NCBI GenBank assembly: GCA_964016885.1
Contig: OZ024741.1
Location: 110,732,001-110,796,000, forward strand
Length of the DNA: 64,000 bases
DNA from: Eledone cirrhosa
Taxonomy: Eukaryota
Reading direction: 5' to 3'
Under the pieces are notes generated by a model that was not told the DNA's origin, ran no database searches, and saw only the letters and a program-made list of their open reading frames with translations. Both the position numbers and the translations under genes were made by a program. Below are positions 13,301 through 25,296 of the stretch, one piece after another (position 1 is the first letter of the stretch; each line of letters starts with the position of its first letter).

Positions 13301-14042
13301 TAGAGAGGAACGAAGCTTGCATGCTCCGCTGGATGTGTAACAGTAATATACGTGAACGGCAAAGCATAAACGAACTAAGGAAAAAATTAGAGATAAGAGG
13401 GATCAGATGTTGTTTACTCGAGAGAAGGCTACGTTGGTATGGACACGTGATGCGCATGAAAGTCGATAGCTGTATAACAAAGTGCAGGGCAATAAAGATA
13501 GACGGTAGTCACGGAATAGGCAGACCTAGAAAAACCTGGGACGAGCTGATAAACTCCGACATCACACACTTACACCTCTCCAAGACAATGTCACTGGACC
13601 GAGACCTTTGGCGGTACTCAGTAACAGAGAAGACCCGCCTTACCTAAATATATAGTAAAACCTACTCCAGCCAGTAGGCATCTCTAACAAAATACACCCC
13701 GTCCCACCACCACCACCCCCACCCCATCCACACCACCCCGTTCTATGTAAAGTTATGTTGGTGCCGCGCCATCCAGGCCGAAACAAATGAGATCGTGTAG
13801 GTGTCACGACAAAAAACACACAGTCCACGCTGTAATGTGGCCGTGTAGGCAACACGGTAAAAACCTCCCAGACCCACACTGTAAATGTGGTTGGTGTTAG
13901 GAAGGGCATCCAACTGTAGAAAACCTGCCAGACAGTCCTATGCGAGCAAGACAATCACTCTTGCCTCAAATGGGACTACCCCCGTCCAAACCCATGCAAG
14001 CGTGGAACACGGACGTTAAACGTTGATGATGATGATGATGAT
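10358..14042 (+). mobile_element. Near full-length RTE-clade LINE (subfamily A)
   Basis: 5' leader, one long APE endonuclease-RT ORF, 3' UTR of about 380 nt, (GAT)n tail, TA-repeat flanks. Confidence 0.95.
10531..13647 (+). CDS. APE endonuclease - reverse transcriptase with internal PHD finger
   Basis: Frame is open from 10531 and includes RVGTINVGTL upstream of the first ATG (10648). APE motifs IQETRW, SAYAPQ, GDLNGH, VDYIL, SQHRL; RT motifs NYRGI, QFGF, FVDLEKAFDRV, QGSVLSP, YADD (12691), FRYLG. True start is uncertain. Confidence 0.9.
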   Translation, partial: HNPTPPAPHRPQPPNAIQNFRVGTINVGTLKGRANEVVEMLERKEVDVCCIQETRWRGGSARFIEGKKRCYKLFWVGNDDGLGGVGIMVAEKWAVKIIDVNRVNNRIIKIRLVLNRTTVTVISAYAPQSGLPGTIKDRFYETLMLTTSQISDSDYIIIAGDLNGHVGQHCDSYDEIHGGYGFGTRNEEGSRILEFCDANNLTICNTNFKKRDNHLITYRSGEHTSQVDYILTRRRDRVSVVNTKSLPYEECTSQHRLIISDLIVRTRRTRQQKRTSLRRKIWKLKDPTARNKFQSILLDAFDSKEEHLVDSKEEHLESDNIEGEWEFLKANLLLATDEVCGWSRPVGRRRVTWWWNSKVEGSIKAKKQAWKVWRDGGSREDYQVARREARRQVYLAKREAEERKFKHVLQRDDQKREVFRIARQCVKENRDIVGEKCVLNDDGTLAITDADKKVAWKCHYERLLNEENKWEKDSLPHIDPIEGPAVLVEGSIISKAIKDMKTGKAAGPSEIVAEMLKASGTVGHTMVTRIVNQVVQNGVVPKDCHSSIIVNCYKGKGDALDRSNYRGIKLIDQVMNVTEKVIAQLIRERIDLDEMQFGFVSGKSTTDALFIVRQLQEKYLAKGKPLYLAFVDLEKAFDRVPCSIIWWALRKLGIDEWLVRAIQAMYKETVSKVRINNEYSEEFSVKVGIHQGSVLSPLLFIIALQAITEEFKTGCPWELLYADDLTLIAESMAELEKKFQTWKHGLESKGLKINLAKTKVLVCRKENKAAVPSGKWSCSVCRKGVGRNSILCPKCKVWVHKRCSGITGKLTKNIDFTCGQCSGAISSSKCPQNTSSFNCAEGSIEIVDSFRYLGDKISSGGGCSESTVARVRTGWKKFRELIPLLAAKGFSLKMKGRLYDACIRTAMLHGSETWALCAEDIRRLERNEACMLRWMCNSNIRERQSINELRKKLEIRGIRCCLLERRLRWYGHVMRMKVDSCITKCRAIKIDGSHGIGRPRKTWDELINSDITHLHLSKTMSLDRDLWRYSVTEKTRLT

Positions 14043-14254
14043 ATATATTTTTTTTTTTTTCATTTTACGTCCGCTTTTCCCTGCTTGCAAGGGTGGGACG
14101 GGAACTGATTCTGGCTTGATTTCTACAGCTGGATGCCCTTCCTAACACCAACCTCATTTACAGTGAGTGCTGGGTGCTTTTATGCCGTGACGCCTCCACG
14201 TCCACTTTGCAGTGGAATGATAGGGACCTCAGTCCCTATCATCTCATTTCTACA

Positions 14255-14385
14255 GCTGAGTAAACTGGAGCAATGTGAAATAAAGTGTCTTGCTCAAGGA
14301 AACAACACATCACCCGGTCTGAGAATTGAACTCACAACCTTTCGATTGCAAGGCCAATGCACTAACCACTAAGCCATGTGCCTCC
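14255..14385 (-). mobile_element. tRNA-derived SINE family 2 (other copies about 18810-19075 +, 31405-31545 +, 52560-52800 +, 61550-61690 -)
   Basis: A-box tggcttagtggttag and B-box gagttcaattc, followed by a shared (g/c)ttgagcaagacactttatttcac block. Confidence 0.75.
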
Positions 14386-14422
14386 ATATATATATATATA
14401 TTTATTTATATATATATATATT

Positions 14423-14458
<36 letters not shown>

Positions 14459-14474
14459 TATATATATATATATT

Positions 14475-14553
<79 letters not shown>

Positions 14554-14561
<8 letters not shown>

Positions 14562-15110
14562 ATACTTTGGGAGGGTCATGTTGCCAATAAGAAACACACG
14601 CACCAGTTGCTTTCACTTCAATTTATTATAATAAATTTAGGAATTTATAAATTTCTGGTTGGTTGGTTGGTTCCACAACCAGATAGTTGTTTATATATTG
14701 TCAAAGTTCTTTCGTCACACATTCTGTGACCTCTTCAGTGACTGGGGATTCTTTTCTTTGTTTTTGTGCCTCTCCTTTGTTCTGTCCTACGCCATTTTCG
14801 TAGGACAGAACAAAGGAGAGGCACAAAAACAAAGAAAAGAATCCCCAGTCACTGAAGAGGTCACAGAATGTGTGACGAAAGAACTTTGACAATATATAAA
14901 CAACTATCTGGTTGTGGAACCAACCAACCAACCAGAAATTTATAAATTACTAAATTTATAAATTTATTATAATAAATTGAAGTGAAAGCAACTGGTGCGT
15001 GTGTTTCTTATTGGCAACATGACCCTCCCAAAGTATAACAATATCGGTTTCAACACACGATTTCAGATAAAGAATCTTGCTAAACAAATTCAGAAACGAA
15101 ATATATTTCT
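14554..15110. mobile_element. Fold-back element family C: arms 14554-14791 and 14799-15044, 7-nt loop, unpaired tail to about 15110; probable PLE pseudo-LTR
   Basis: Arms differ by one substitution and one 8-nt duplication; each arm holds a hammerhead motif; decayed relatives at about 48590-48800, 48830-49320 and 50477-50998. Confidence 0.85.
14848..14890 (+). ncRNA. Minimal type-I hammerhead motif (family C); mirror copy at 14700-14742 (-)
   Basis: gtca-CTGAAGA-G-GTCACA-gaatg-TGTGAC-GAAA-GAAC-TT-tgac. Stem I 4 bp, stem II 6 bp, one extra nt after A9, very short stem III. Confidence 0.7.
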
Positions 15111-15114
15111 ATAT

Positions 15115-15418
15115 GCAAAAGTTCTATTTAAATTGTTGGGATACAACAAGCAAATATTTTTATAACTGATATAAAGCACTCAACAAGTATTTGTAGTAAA
15201 CATACGATATTAACAAATGGAAACTATATTTATAAAACCATATTTATTTCATTATACATATTTCAAGGACACCAAGTTAAATTATGGTGTGCTTTCATCA
15301 GACAAAATATAATATAGATCAGTTTATATAAATAAATATTGACATACCCTTAAAAAATGCAACCATTACTGTTGGAACCTCCCGGATAGCTATTCCAACA
15401 GTAATGGTTGCATTTTTT
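15115..15418 (-). mobile_element. Fold-back element family D copy; hammerhead motif 15245-15309 (-); 26-bp terminal hairpin 15352-15418
   Basis: Homologous to the copies at 31019, 33882 and 34503; minus strand reads tattttgt-CTGATGA-AAG...CTT-GAAA-TATGTA-TA-atgaaata. Confidence 0.8.
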
Positions 15419-15470
15419 TAATTAAATTTATTAATTATACACAATTAAAATTTGTCACGAATATACATAA

Positions 15471-15544
<74 letters not shown>

Positions 15545-15770
15545 CACAAGAATCAAAGCTATGTTAGAACATTTAATTGCTGACAATTGTTTCTTCCAAG
15601 CCTAGGCTTAGAGTCAGCTTTGATTCTTGTGTATTCTATATAACTGCTCTGTATAACAAATGATGTTCTTACATTGAGCTATTTATCTTACTGGTAATAA
15701 GGTAGTAATAAATTACTGACCTTACTTGTTTATAGTTGTATATAGTAATACATAACTATAAATAGTTTCC

Positions 15771-15832
<62 letters not shown>

Positions 15833-16164
15833 TCATCATCACTGTTTTACATACGTTTTTCTAGGCTTGTATAGGTTGACTGGGTCTTTTTCAGTACATC
15901 ACTCCACTCATCCAGTTCTTTCATCAACCCAACTTTGAGATTCTGTGATTTGGGATTAAATCTCCCAAACTCTTCCCAGGTCTACAAACACATATATCAT
16001 CATCATTAACATCATTTTTTACATCATATTTTGCATGCTGACATGGATTGGATGGCACTTTTGGGGGCAATATTTTATACTCAGGCGCCCTTCCTGACAT
16101 CAACCCTAAAGTCATTTCTTATGGCATTGCCGGGATATGGTGTACCTATTCTAAGCCAGATATA

Positions 16165-16259
<95 letters not shown>

Positions 16260-16572
16260 CCGTGTGATATTGATGGACCTGAGAATGAGTACTCGATACT
16301 GAAGTAGTTTAGATATTCTTATACACACACACACGTGTGAGTGGAGTGTGTCTAGTTTAGAACAAGTACACTGTATCTCTGTATGCCATAAGAGGCAACT
16401 GAAAAGGTTGGCGTCAGTACCATCACCACAACTACCACCAATTTTTATAAAATTTAAGGAATCTATTCACCCACCCCTCACTTTCCCATCTGACAGTTTA
16501 AAATGGATTAAATAACAAAAAGACTAGACTTAATCATGTTTTGTTTACACTTTCTCTCTCTTTTCATTACAG

Positions 16573-16755
16573 GTTGATGGGGACTACCCAGTCAGTAGTA
16601 GTAGTAATAGTGGTGCTACTACTACCACAAATGTACTTACATCATGGTCAGGCCCTCATACCGTGGTAGTGCCCCGGACAGAGGCTGGTTTTGGATTTAC
16701 ATTACGTCACTTTATAGTCTACCCTCCAGAATCTTCTACCAGTTCTCAAACTCAG
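16573..16755 (+). CDS. ARHGAP21: Internal coding exon of an ARHGAP21/ARHGAP23-family RhoGAP (start of the PDZ domain)
   Basis: Polypyrimidine tract plus ttacAG acceptor and CAG/GTGAGT donor; 183 nt, phase 0-0. Translates VDGDYPV...[32 protein letters not shown]; [16 protein letters not shown] is the ARHGAP21/23 PDZ signature. The paralog cannot be resolved. Missed by the ORF track. Confidence 0.9.
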
Positions 16756-17189
16756 GTGAGTTCTCTTTGATTTTCTATCTTCCTCTTTCTTCTTTAACCC
16801 CTTTCTTTCCAGCAACATTTCATCTAAGAACTATAAGTTTAGATGCTTAGTTAGGGGTCTCAAATTCAAGGATTCAAAAGGGTCATTACATCCTAAGGGA
16901 GAAGCACAGAAGGTTGAAAGTGTGATGATATGTGATGGTGGTGGTGGAGGTGGCAGGGTGATTTCCACCAGTTATAATGATAATCTGCAATACAGCTGAT
17001 AAGTTATTTATTTCTTTTCATCAAAACAAATACACATATAATAGTAAATGGGATATGTGAATTAGTACAAAATGTAAGGGGACAAATTTCCTGTTTCAAA
17101 TTTTTGTCAGTTAGTCACAAAAATTGATCTACTGTGGGCCATAGAAAAGTAGTTTACTGGTTGCAAGTGGCCCAATTTTACAAGTGGAC

Positions 17190-17540
17190 AAAATAGGGTT
17201 CCTCCAAAGGGTTTTTGGAGTAATGTTACTTGAAAGAGTGTGTAGCTTGGTGATCAGAGAATCACTTGAAGTAGAGCTGCTACTTCTCTGAATTGAGATA
17301 TCACAGCTCTGATACTACAGGCATAATGTCTCAGGAAAGAATCACTGGACAGATTTTAAAGGCAAAACTATCCAGCAGGAGACCCAGGAGTAGACCCTGA
17401 GCAAGATGGGTAGATAACATCCATGAGCTTGGCTAGTCTCGCTTGGGAATCGAATCAGATCAAATGGAAATGGTTGCTTCTAACATGACTGGAAGGTGTG
17501 TTTGAGGACTCTACTCCAACACCCTCCCAGGAATAAGTGG
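17190..17540 (+). pseudogene. Old RTE (Expander/Rex3-like) 3' fragment
   Basis: Degenerate translation IRESLEVELLLL*IEISQL...RRPRSRP*ARWVDNI. Confidence 0.55.
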
Positions 17541-18753
17541 GAAAAGAAGTAAATCACTCAAAGTTCTCCATTAATTAATTGAAATACAGTTTATTTCATT
17601 TGATATATGGCCACAAAAGAGTTAACAAGAATTTTTATTTTTATTTGTTTTTATCCAGGTTTCTATTTTGCTGTGTTTTTATATATATACAACTCTGTTG
17701 TTGCTCTTTTTCCCGAACAGATCTATGGTCAAGGAGTTTGATATATAATAATAAATGGTTGAGATTTTTATGATGTAATAACAACTTTTAAAATAATACA
17801 GCTTGGCAGAATTGGTGGAACATCAGATAAAATGTCTTTACAGTATTTGTTCTGGCTTTTTACATTCTCAGTTCAAATCCAGTCGAGGTCAACTTTGCCT
17901 TTTATCTTTCCAGAGTCAATAAAATAAAATACCATTAAAGTTCTTGGGTTGCTAATATCAACTGTTCCCCTCCCTGTAAATTGCTGGCCTGGTGCCAATG
18001 TTAGAAATCAATATTATAACAAACTCAGACGAAAAAAGTTAACGAGATTGCACTCAGGAGTTGGGCTATGTATCTGTTATATCTCAGATGACTGCATTAC
18101 AGACACGCACGTTCAAGCGTGCACGCACACACACACTACACTACACTTGCTTTTTGTGTTGCAATACTTGTAGAGGTAGGCATGTCTTTTATATTATGGC
18201 AAATCACCAGTCAGCTCAGTCCATTGTCATCGTTGTGAGGTTCGGTTTCTTGAAGTAATGTTTCCTAATCTCTTTTGGGAGACAGTTCTGTAGTTGACAG
18301 TGTTTCAATGCCAAATTATTGCTGTATAGTACCTAGTATTGTTGATCTACACCAGTGTTGGTGATCTACAGGATAAACACACCCACTTCATGCAATAAAA
18401 TGGTGATTGGTTATAGGAAGGTCATCAAGTTGTTGAAAACTTGTCAAAGAAAGAGTTGAGAAGACCTTTCAATTGTCAAAGACATGACAACCTCTCTAGA
18501 GCTAGTGTCAAGATAAAATGAACTTGGTAGAGCATGGGACCATATGTAAGCAAGAAACAAACCTCCTGCTTCAGTACTGATTCAGTTTTTGTTGACCCAT
18601 CCGACCCTTGTTAGTAAGGAAAGTGAATGTTAAATGATGTCTTATGCAAGAGTTTAAAGAAAGAAATGTTGGGATCTGATAACCCCTTTCATTCCTCTTG
18701 CTTTGTTTTTTTGTACCTTATATGCCAAATTGTGGAACTAGATTTTTCAGAAT

Positions 18754-18791
<38 letters not shown>

Positions 18792-19101
18792 AATTATGAC
18801 ATATATATGAAGGCATATGGCTTAGTAGTTAGGTTGTTCGGCTCCTGATTGTAACATCATTCTCAGTGACACATTATGTCAAGACACTTTTATTTCACAT
18901 TGCTCCTGTTCACTCAGTTGGTAAAATAAGTTGTACCTGTAATTTAAAGAGCAAGCTTTGTCACACAGTGTGTCATGCTGAAATCTCCCCGAAAACTATG
19001 TTATTGGTTCACATGTTCATGGAATGCGCAGCCACTTGCATGATGATTTAATTTCATGAGCAGGCTGTTCCTTTGTTTGAAAAAAAAAAATATATATATA
19101 T

Positions 19102-19616
19102 ATGCGTATGAAGGATGACAGCTGCATAAAAAGGTGCAGAGCACTAGAAGTTGATGGAAACCGCGGAGTGGGGAGACCCAAGATGACTTGGGATGAGGTG
19201 ATAAAAGCCGACCTTACCCAACTACACCTCTCAAAGTCAATGACACACGACCGTGACTTCTGGCGTCACGCAGTAATACAGGGTACCCGACCTCCCATGG
19301 GTACATGCTGAAGCATATAAACAATATGCCCCCCCCCCCCCCACCGCAAGGTGGTCGTGGAGGTGCCACGGCAAAAAAGCACCCAGCCCACACTGTAAAG
19401 TGGACGTGTAGGCGCCACGAAAAAGCACCCAGCACTCACTGTAAATGAGGTTGGTGTTAGGAAGGGCATCCAGCTGTAGAAATCAAGCCAGATCAGTTCC
19501 TGTATGAGCAAGGCATGGTCAGCCGACCAGACACTGCCCACAACAGGACAACCCGTCTAACCCATGCTAGCGTGGAAGAACGGACGTAAAACGGTGATGA
19601 TGATGATGATGATGAT
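19102..19616 (+). mobile_element. RTE subfamily C, short 3' copy
   Basis: MRMKDDSCIKRCRAL...; 3' UTR matches 30676-30986; (GAT)n tail; (TA)n flanks. Confidence 0.9.
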
Positions 19617-19629
19617 ACATATATATATA

Positions 19630-19661
<32 letters not shown>

Positions 19662-19808
19662 CATACACATATATATATATATGTATATACATATATACAT
19701 TTATATATACATACATACATATATATACATATATATATATACATATATATACATATATATATATACATATATATACATATATACATTTATATATACATAT
19801 ATATATAC

Positions 19809-19839
<31 letters not shown>

Positions 19840-20091
19840 CATTTATATATACATACATTATTAAAAAAATAATGAATAAACAAAGAAACAGTTCCTTATA
19901 TTAAACAAAAAAAGTTCATTATTTTATATATACATACATATATATATATACATATTTATACATATATATATATATACATACATATATATATATACATACA
20001 TATATATATATCTATACATACATATATATACATACATATATACATTTATATATACATACATATATATGTATATATATATATATACATATAT

Positions 20092-20681
20092 ACGCTTACA
20101 CCTCTCCAAGACAATGTCACTGGACCGAGACCTTTGGCGGTACTCAGTAATAGAGAAGACCCGCCTTACATAAATACAAAGTAAAAACCTACTACAGTCA
20201 GTAGGCATCTCTATCAACCCCCCCCCCCCCCCCCCGTCCCACCACCTCCACCCCATCCACACCGCCCCTTTCAATGTAAAGTTATGTTGGTCCCACAACA
20301 TCCAGGCCGAAACAAATGAGATCGTGTAGGTGTCACGATAAAAAAACACACAGTCCACGCTGTAAATGTGGCTGTGTAGGCAACACGGTAAAAACCTCCC
20401 AGCCCCACACTGTAAATGTGGTTGGTGTTAGGAAGGGCATCCAGCTGTAGAAAACCCGCCAGACAGTCCACGCTGTAATGTGGCCATGTAGGCAACACGG
20501 TAAAAACCTCCCAGCCCCACACTGTAAATGTGGTTGGTGTTAGGAAGGGCATCCAACTGTAGAAAACCCGCCAGACAGTCCTATGCGAGCAAGACAACCA
20601 CTCTTGCCTCAAGTGGGAAAACCCCCGTCCAAACCCATGCAAGTGTGGAACACGGACGCTAAACCTGATGATGATGATGAT
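20092..20681 (+). mobile_element. RTE subfamily B, short 3' copy
   Basis: Reverse complement of about 7148-7722, including the duplicated UTR block. Confidence 0.92.
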
Positions 20682-21334
20682 ATATGATGTGTGTATTTTT
20701 GTGCATGTGTGCTCTTTTTATGTATGAGCATGTGTGAGTGTCCCACACATTTTATGTATGCGTTCTATGTATATGTGTGCACATGTATCCTTTATATGTG
20801 TATATGTCTGTGTGTCCTATGTATTTGTATCCCTTGTATGTATATGTGTTAATAGATGCTGACATCAACACATTAACCACCAAATTATATTTTAAGAAAA
20901 TAATTATTTTGTCTTTCAAGAAAATTCAGGATTTAATTCTTTAAACAGATTCCTTTGGTTCTTCTCTTCTTTCTCACCTAATAACATCACTACTTACAGT
21001 TCTTCTACACACACACAGATGTGTGTATGTATGTATGTATATATATATATATATATATGTGTGTGTCTAAGTGTGTATTTATATATATGTGTGTGTGTAT
21101 ACATACACATAACACTCTCTCTCTTTTTCTCTTATTAATTCTTTTTTTGTTCACTCACACTTGTATTTATTATCTTAAAACATATGTAACTATGTGCCCA
21201 CACACACATACAGCCTTATTCACAAACTTCCTCTTCATACAAGCATATCTAGTTTTCTTTTTATTATTTCTATATAGTAATGTTGTAGTAGTGTATATGT
21301 TACATTGGTAAAACAGTATTATTATCATCATCAG

Positions 21335-21525
21335 TGGCGGTGGATTGGCAGTATCAGTAGAAGGTTGGATGCCATGCTTTGCAGCATAGTGTTACGGTCC
21401 TTTACAGTCTGAGTTCAATTCCTGTCGAGGTCAACTTTGCTTTTCATCCTTACGAGGTCGATAAAATAAAGTACCAGTAATGCACTGGGTAATTTTTGGC
21501 CTTGTGCCAAACGTAGACACAATTA
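21335..21525 (+). mobile_element. tRNA-derived SINE family 1 (other copies about 17800-18017, 26549-26750, 34964-35143, 39578-39770 -, 52822-53010, 53978-54095 -, 59279-59491)
   Basis: A-box tggcagtatcggtaga, B-box gagttcaaatcc, central gcctttcatccttacggggtcgataaaataaagtaccag block (resembles the Deu/Nin SINE core, from memory), shared tail ggccttgtgccaaaagtagaaacaatt. Confidence 0.85.
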
Positions 21526-24169
21526 TTATCATCATCAGATTTACGTCTGTTTTTCCATGTTTGCATGGATTGAATGAGTCTTTTCCAGCACAGCATCCCA
21601 TCACTCATTGCGGCCCTTCATCATCTCAACTGTGAGCTTCAGTGACTTAAGATTAGCTCTTACCAGGTCTCTACTGCAGCTTCTTTCCACTGGGATTTTC
21701 TGACACTCCTTCATCCAATGATCATCTTCACTACATGTCCATAACATGATTGACTCTCTAACAGGACTTATGACATAAACATGATAGCTCAGTTATTAGA
21801 GAGAGAGAGAGAGAGAGGTGAGGAGGATGCATACATACATACAGAGAAAGAGATACTCACAGGTAAGGAGACAAACATACAGAGAGAGACTGACAGACAA
21901 AAGGCAAAAAGAGACAGAGTGACAGACAGGCAAACAGACACACTGACAGAAACATACAAATAGAGAAAGAGATAGGTGGACAGACAGAGAAAGACAGATG
22001 CATACAGACAGGCAAACAAAGAGAGAGAGAGGCAGACAAACATACAGAGAGAGAGAGAGAGAAAGTTATATGTCTCCATATTCCATACATTATCTAAGGT
22101 TATCAGTAAGTTGAATGTAGTGAAGTAATCCCAGCTGGAGATTGAAACCTTATCTGCAGCTTTGTTACATCCCTGCATCAACAGTAGGATTATCTCTACC
22201 ACCACCACCACCATCATCACCCTCATCATCACCACTATTATCACTACCATCACCACCCATACCGCCATCACCTGTCATCACTGTGGTAGTGGTGATGGTT
22301 ATGATGGTGTTGCTTGTGCTGATGATGTTGGTATTGGTGATGGTTATGATGATGGTGGTGTTACAGTAGTAGTAATACCACCATCATCAACACCAGCACT
22401 CTCAACATCACCATCACCACAATTATCCTCATCATCATTTACATCACTATCACCAACATTACCTTCACTACTACCATGTTGCTACAATAGTAGTAGTAGT
22501 GACACCACCACCACATTACATTTTAAACTGTTAGATAACAGTGGTATTACGAATTGGAATTGTTTCCATATGGTGCTTTGACCTTTCCCCCTGCCCACCA
22601 CCACCACTGTCGACATCACCATCACCCACCCCTTACTCATACTTAACAGCGCATCACTAAACATTTCAGACACTCTCTACTTACCTCACACAGTATCCAT
22701 AATTAAGACAGCATCCCCCACACCTACCCCACCCACAGGATCTTCCTTGTGTTTCCCTCCCCAACACCTCCTTTTAAGCAGACCATCAAATGTTACAGTC
22801 ACATCACTCCACACCATTTCTATAATTCTGACAGCCTCACACCTCCAGGTCAGCCTCATATATACCCCCCACCGAGGATCATCTCCCTCTGCCCACGACC
22901 TTCCCCCTTCTGCTACCCTCCCCCCTCCGATTTAGCAGACCATTAAATTTTCAAACACACCCCACCACACCATTTCTATAATTTTGGCAGCCTCATACCC
23001 CCAGGACAGTTACCCCCCACACCCTGGGACATCTCTTCCCCAGGATCTTCCCCTTCCCTCATTTAGTCAACCATTAAATGTTTCAGACACACCACACCAT
23101 TTCCATAATTTTGGCAGCCTCACCCCGGATTTCCTTAAATTCAACCTTAACCTAGTACTAAAATGATATCAACTTCACCTTCAGACATTTCTGCTTACAT
23201 CAATTCCACATGTGAACACTAATTACATTATCCCGTCCCTTCTTCGTTAATTAATCAAGCTAGGTTCTGTCCTACATGTGAACCACCAATTATATTATCC
23301 AAGCCACATTCAGTTCTACATCATCACCATTTAGCATCTATTTTTTCCTGCTTGCATAGGTTAGACAGATTGTCACATTATAAGACTAGTCATGCTAGGT
23401 GACCACATCTTATTGTTTTGGGCTTGGTTAATATGGCTAAATGCACTTCCTCTGATGCCAACCACATTACAGTGTGGACCGAGTGCTTTATATCATGGTA
23501 CCAGAATGACCACCATACAGTGTGACTGGGTGCTTTATATTGTGGCACTAGCACCAGCACCTTACAGGGTGGAGTGGGTGCTATTTTGTCATATCACCAG
23601 TACTATCACTGTTCAGAGTGGGTGCTTTTGTTATGCCACCAACAGTATCACTACACAGGGTGTACTGGGTGCTTTTGTTGTGGCACTTGTACTGAGTGGG
23701 GAGCAGGTATGGAGTGTGATGCATGGAAAGCTGGACAAGAGGAGAGGATGTGAACACTAATTACATTATCCTATCCCTTTATTAATTAATTAAGCAAGGC
23801 TCAGTTCTACATGTGAACACTAATTACATTATCCTATCCCTTTGTGAATTAAGTGAGGTTCAGTTCCACATGTGAATACTTATTAGATTATCCTGTCCCT
23901 TCTTCATTAGTTAATCAAGCCACCCACAGTTCTACATGTGAACACTAAATATACTATCCTGCCCCTTCTTTGTTAATGTAGTCATTAGCTCTGGACTTTG
24001 GATAGCTATCTCTTGAAACAGGCACTCTCTCTTTATCACTTTCACACACTCTCTCTAACTCTCTCAGTCACCCTCAGTCACTAGCATGCCTGCACACCAA
24101 ATGGACAGAAATAACCTCAACTTTATGGCATCTTTGTTATCTAAGTCATCGCCAACATATATAACATCA

Positions 24170-25226
24170 CCATCATCATCGTTTTTATATCCGTTTTTCC
24201 ATGGGTTGGATGGGTCCTTTTCAGCACTGCATCACCCCACACACCGCATTTCTTTATCATCTCCTCTGTGAGTCTCAGCAATTTGAGGTTAGCTATCACC
24301 ACCATTGCCCATGTCTTTCTTGGTTTGCCTCTACCACAGCTTCCTTCCACTGGCATTTCCTGGCACCTTTACCTATCGATCATCATCCATGCACATCACA
24401 TGTCCGTACCAACACAGTCTTCTCTCCTGCACATCACCTCAGATTCCTCTTTAAACCCATCTTCTCCCTCAGTTCATCCAATCTCAGCCTTTCTCCCAGA
24501 TTTATGTTGCACACCTCACAAAGTACGGCTGCTTCGTTTCTCTCCAGCCTACACATGTCTTCTGCAGTCACTGCCATGTTTCATTACCATGCAGCATCGC
24601 ACTTCACATGCAGGCATCATACAGTTGTCCTTTTGTACATAGGGAGAAACCTTTTGTTGTCAACAGTGGGAACAACTCTATAAACATCTTCCATCCTATC
24701 CTTATTTTAGCTATTATACTCTCAGAGTACCCTCCTCCACTGCTGATTAAGTCATTAAGTCACCTAGACAGCAAAAGCTATCAACCACTTCTATGGACCC
24801 TTGTGACTTGAAGAGGTTTATATCACTACCACTCTTCCCTTCGATTACTCCTGCGCATCTTCTATATATAAAGTCTTCCCTTCCTCTATCTGTTATCCCA
24901 CTACATCTCTTGTGTACCCAAGATTTACATTGATTACACCTTATTGAGTTTATGCCTACTCCTTTTCTACATATGGAGCAGAGCCACTTTCCTAAAGGAA
25001 TCAGGGTTTTATCTCATTTCCTACTCATTAGCACTTTAGTTTTGGTTAAGTTTACACTCAGACCTTTTGATTCCAAATTCTGTTTCTATAGCTGGAATTT
25101 ATCTTCCAGTTCTTTTATGGACAAAATCATCTGCATAGAGAAGTTCCCATGAACAGCCAGTTTTAAACTCTTCTGTTATGGCCTGGAGAAGTCCAATGAA
25201 CAGCAGTGGGCTAAGAACAGAATCTT
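24170..25226 (-). pseudogene. Older degenerate copy of the PHD-bearing RTE lineage
   Basis: Frameshifted fragments SVLSPLLFI...WELLYADD, GKWLCSICRKGVG...WVHKRC, GRGKPRKTW. Confidence 0.85.
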
Positions 25227-25257
25227 TACACACACACGCACGCACGCACGCACGCAC

Positions 25258-25296
<39 letters not shown>

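Noticed and set aside
14659-14931. Near-identical 76-aa ORFs on both strands
   Set aside because: Consequence of the palindrome; no coding evidence.
21335-21425. SINE heads as tRNA genes
   Set aside because: A and B boxes are present but there is no convincing cloverleaf, and each runs into a SINE body.
22142-22640. Thr/His/Ser-rich ORFs here and at 41815-42287 and 46117-46602
   Set aside because: Low-complexity trinucleotide and minisatellite DNA without splice support.
23200-23980. Spaced repeats ccacatgtgaacactaattacattatcc as a possible CRISPR array
   Set aside because: The intervening sequence is also homologous; a decayed tandem repeat interrupted by an RTE 3' UTR relic.
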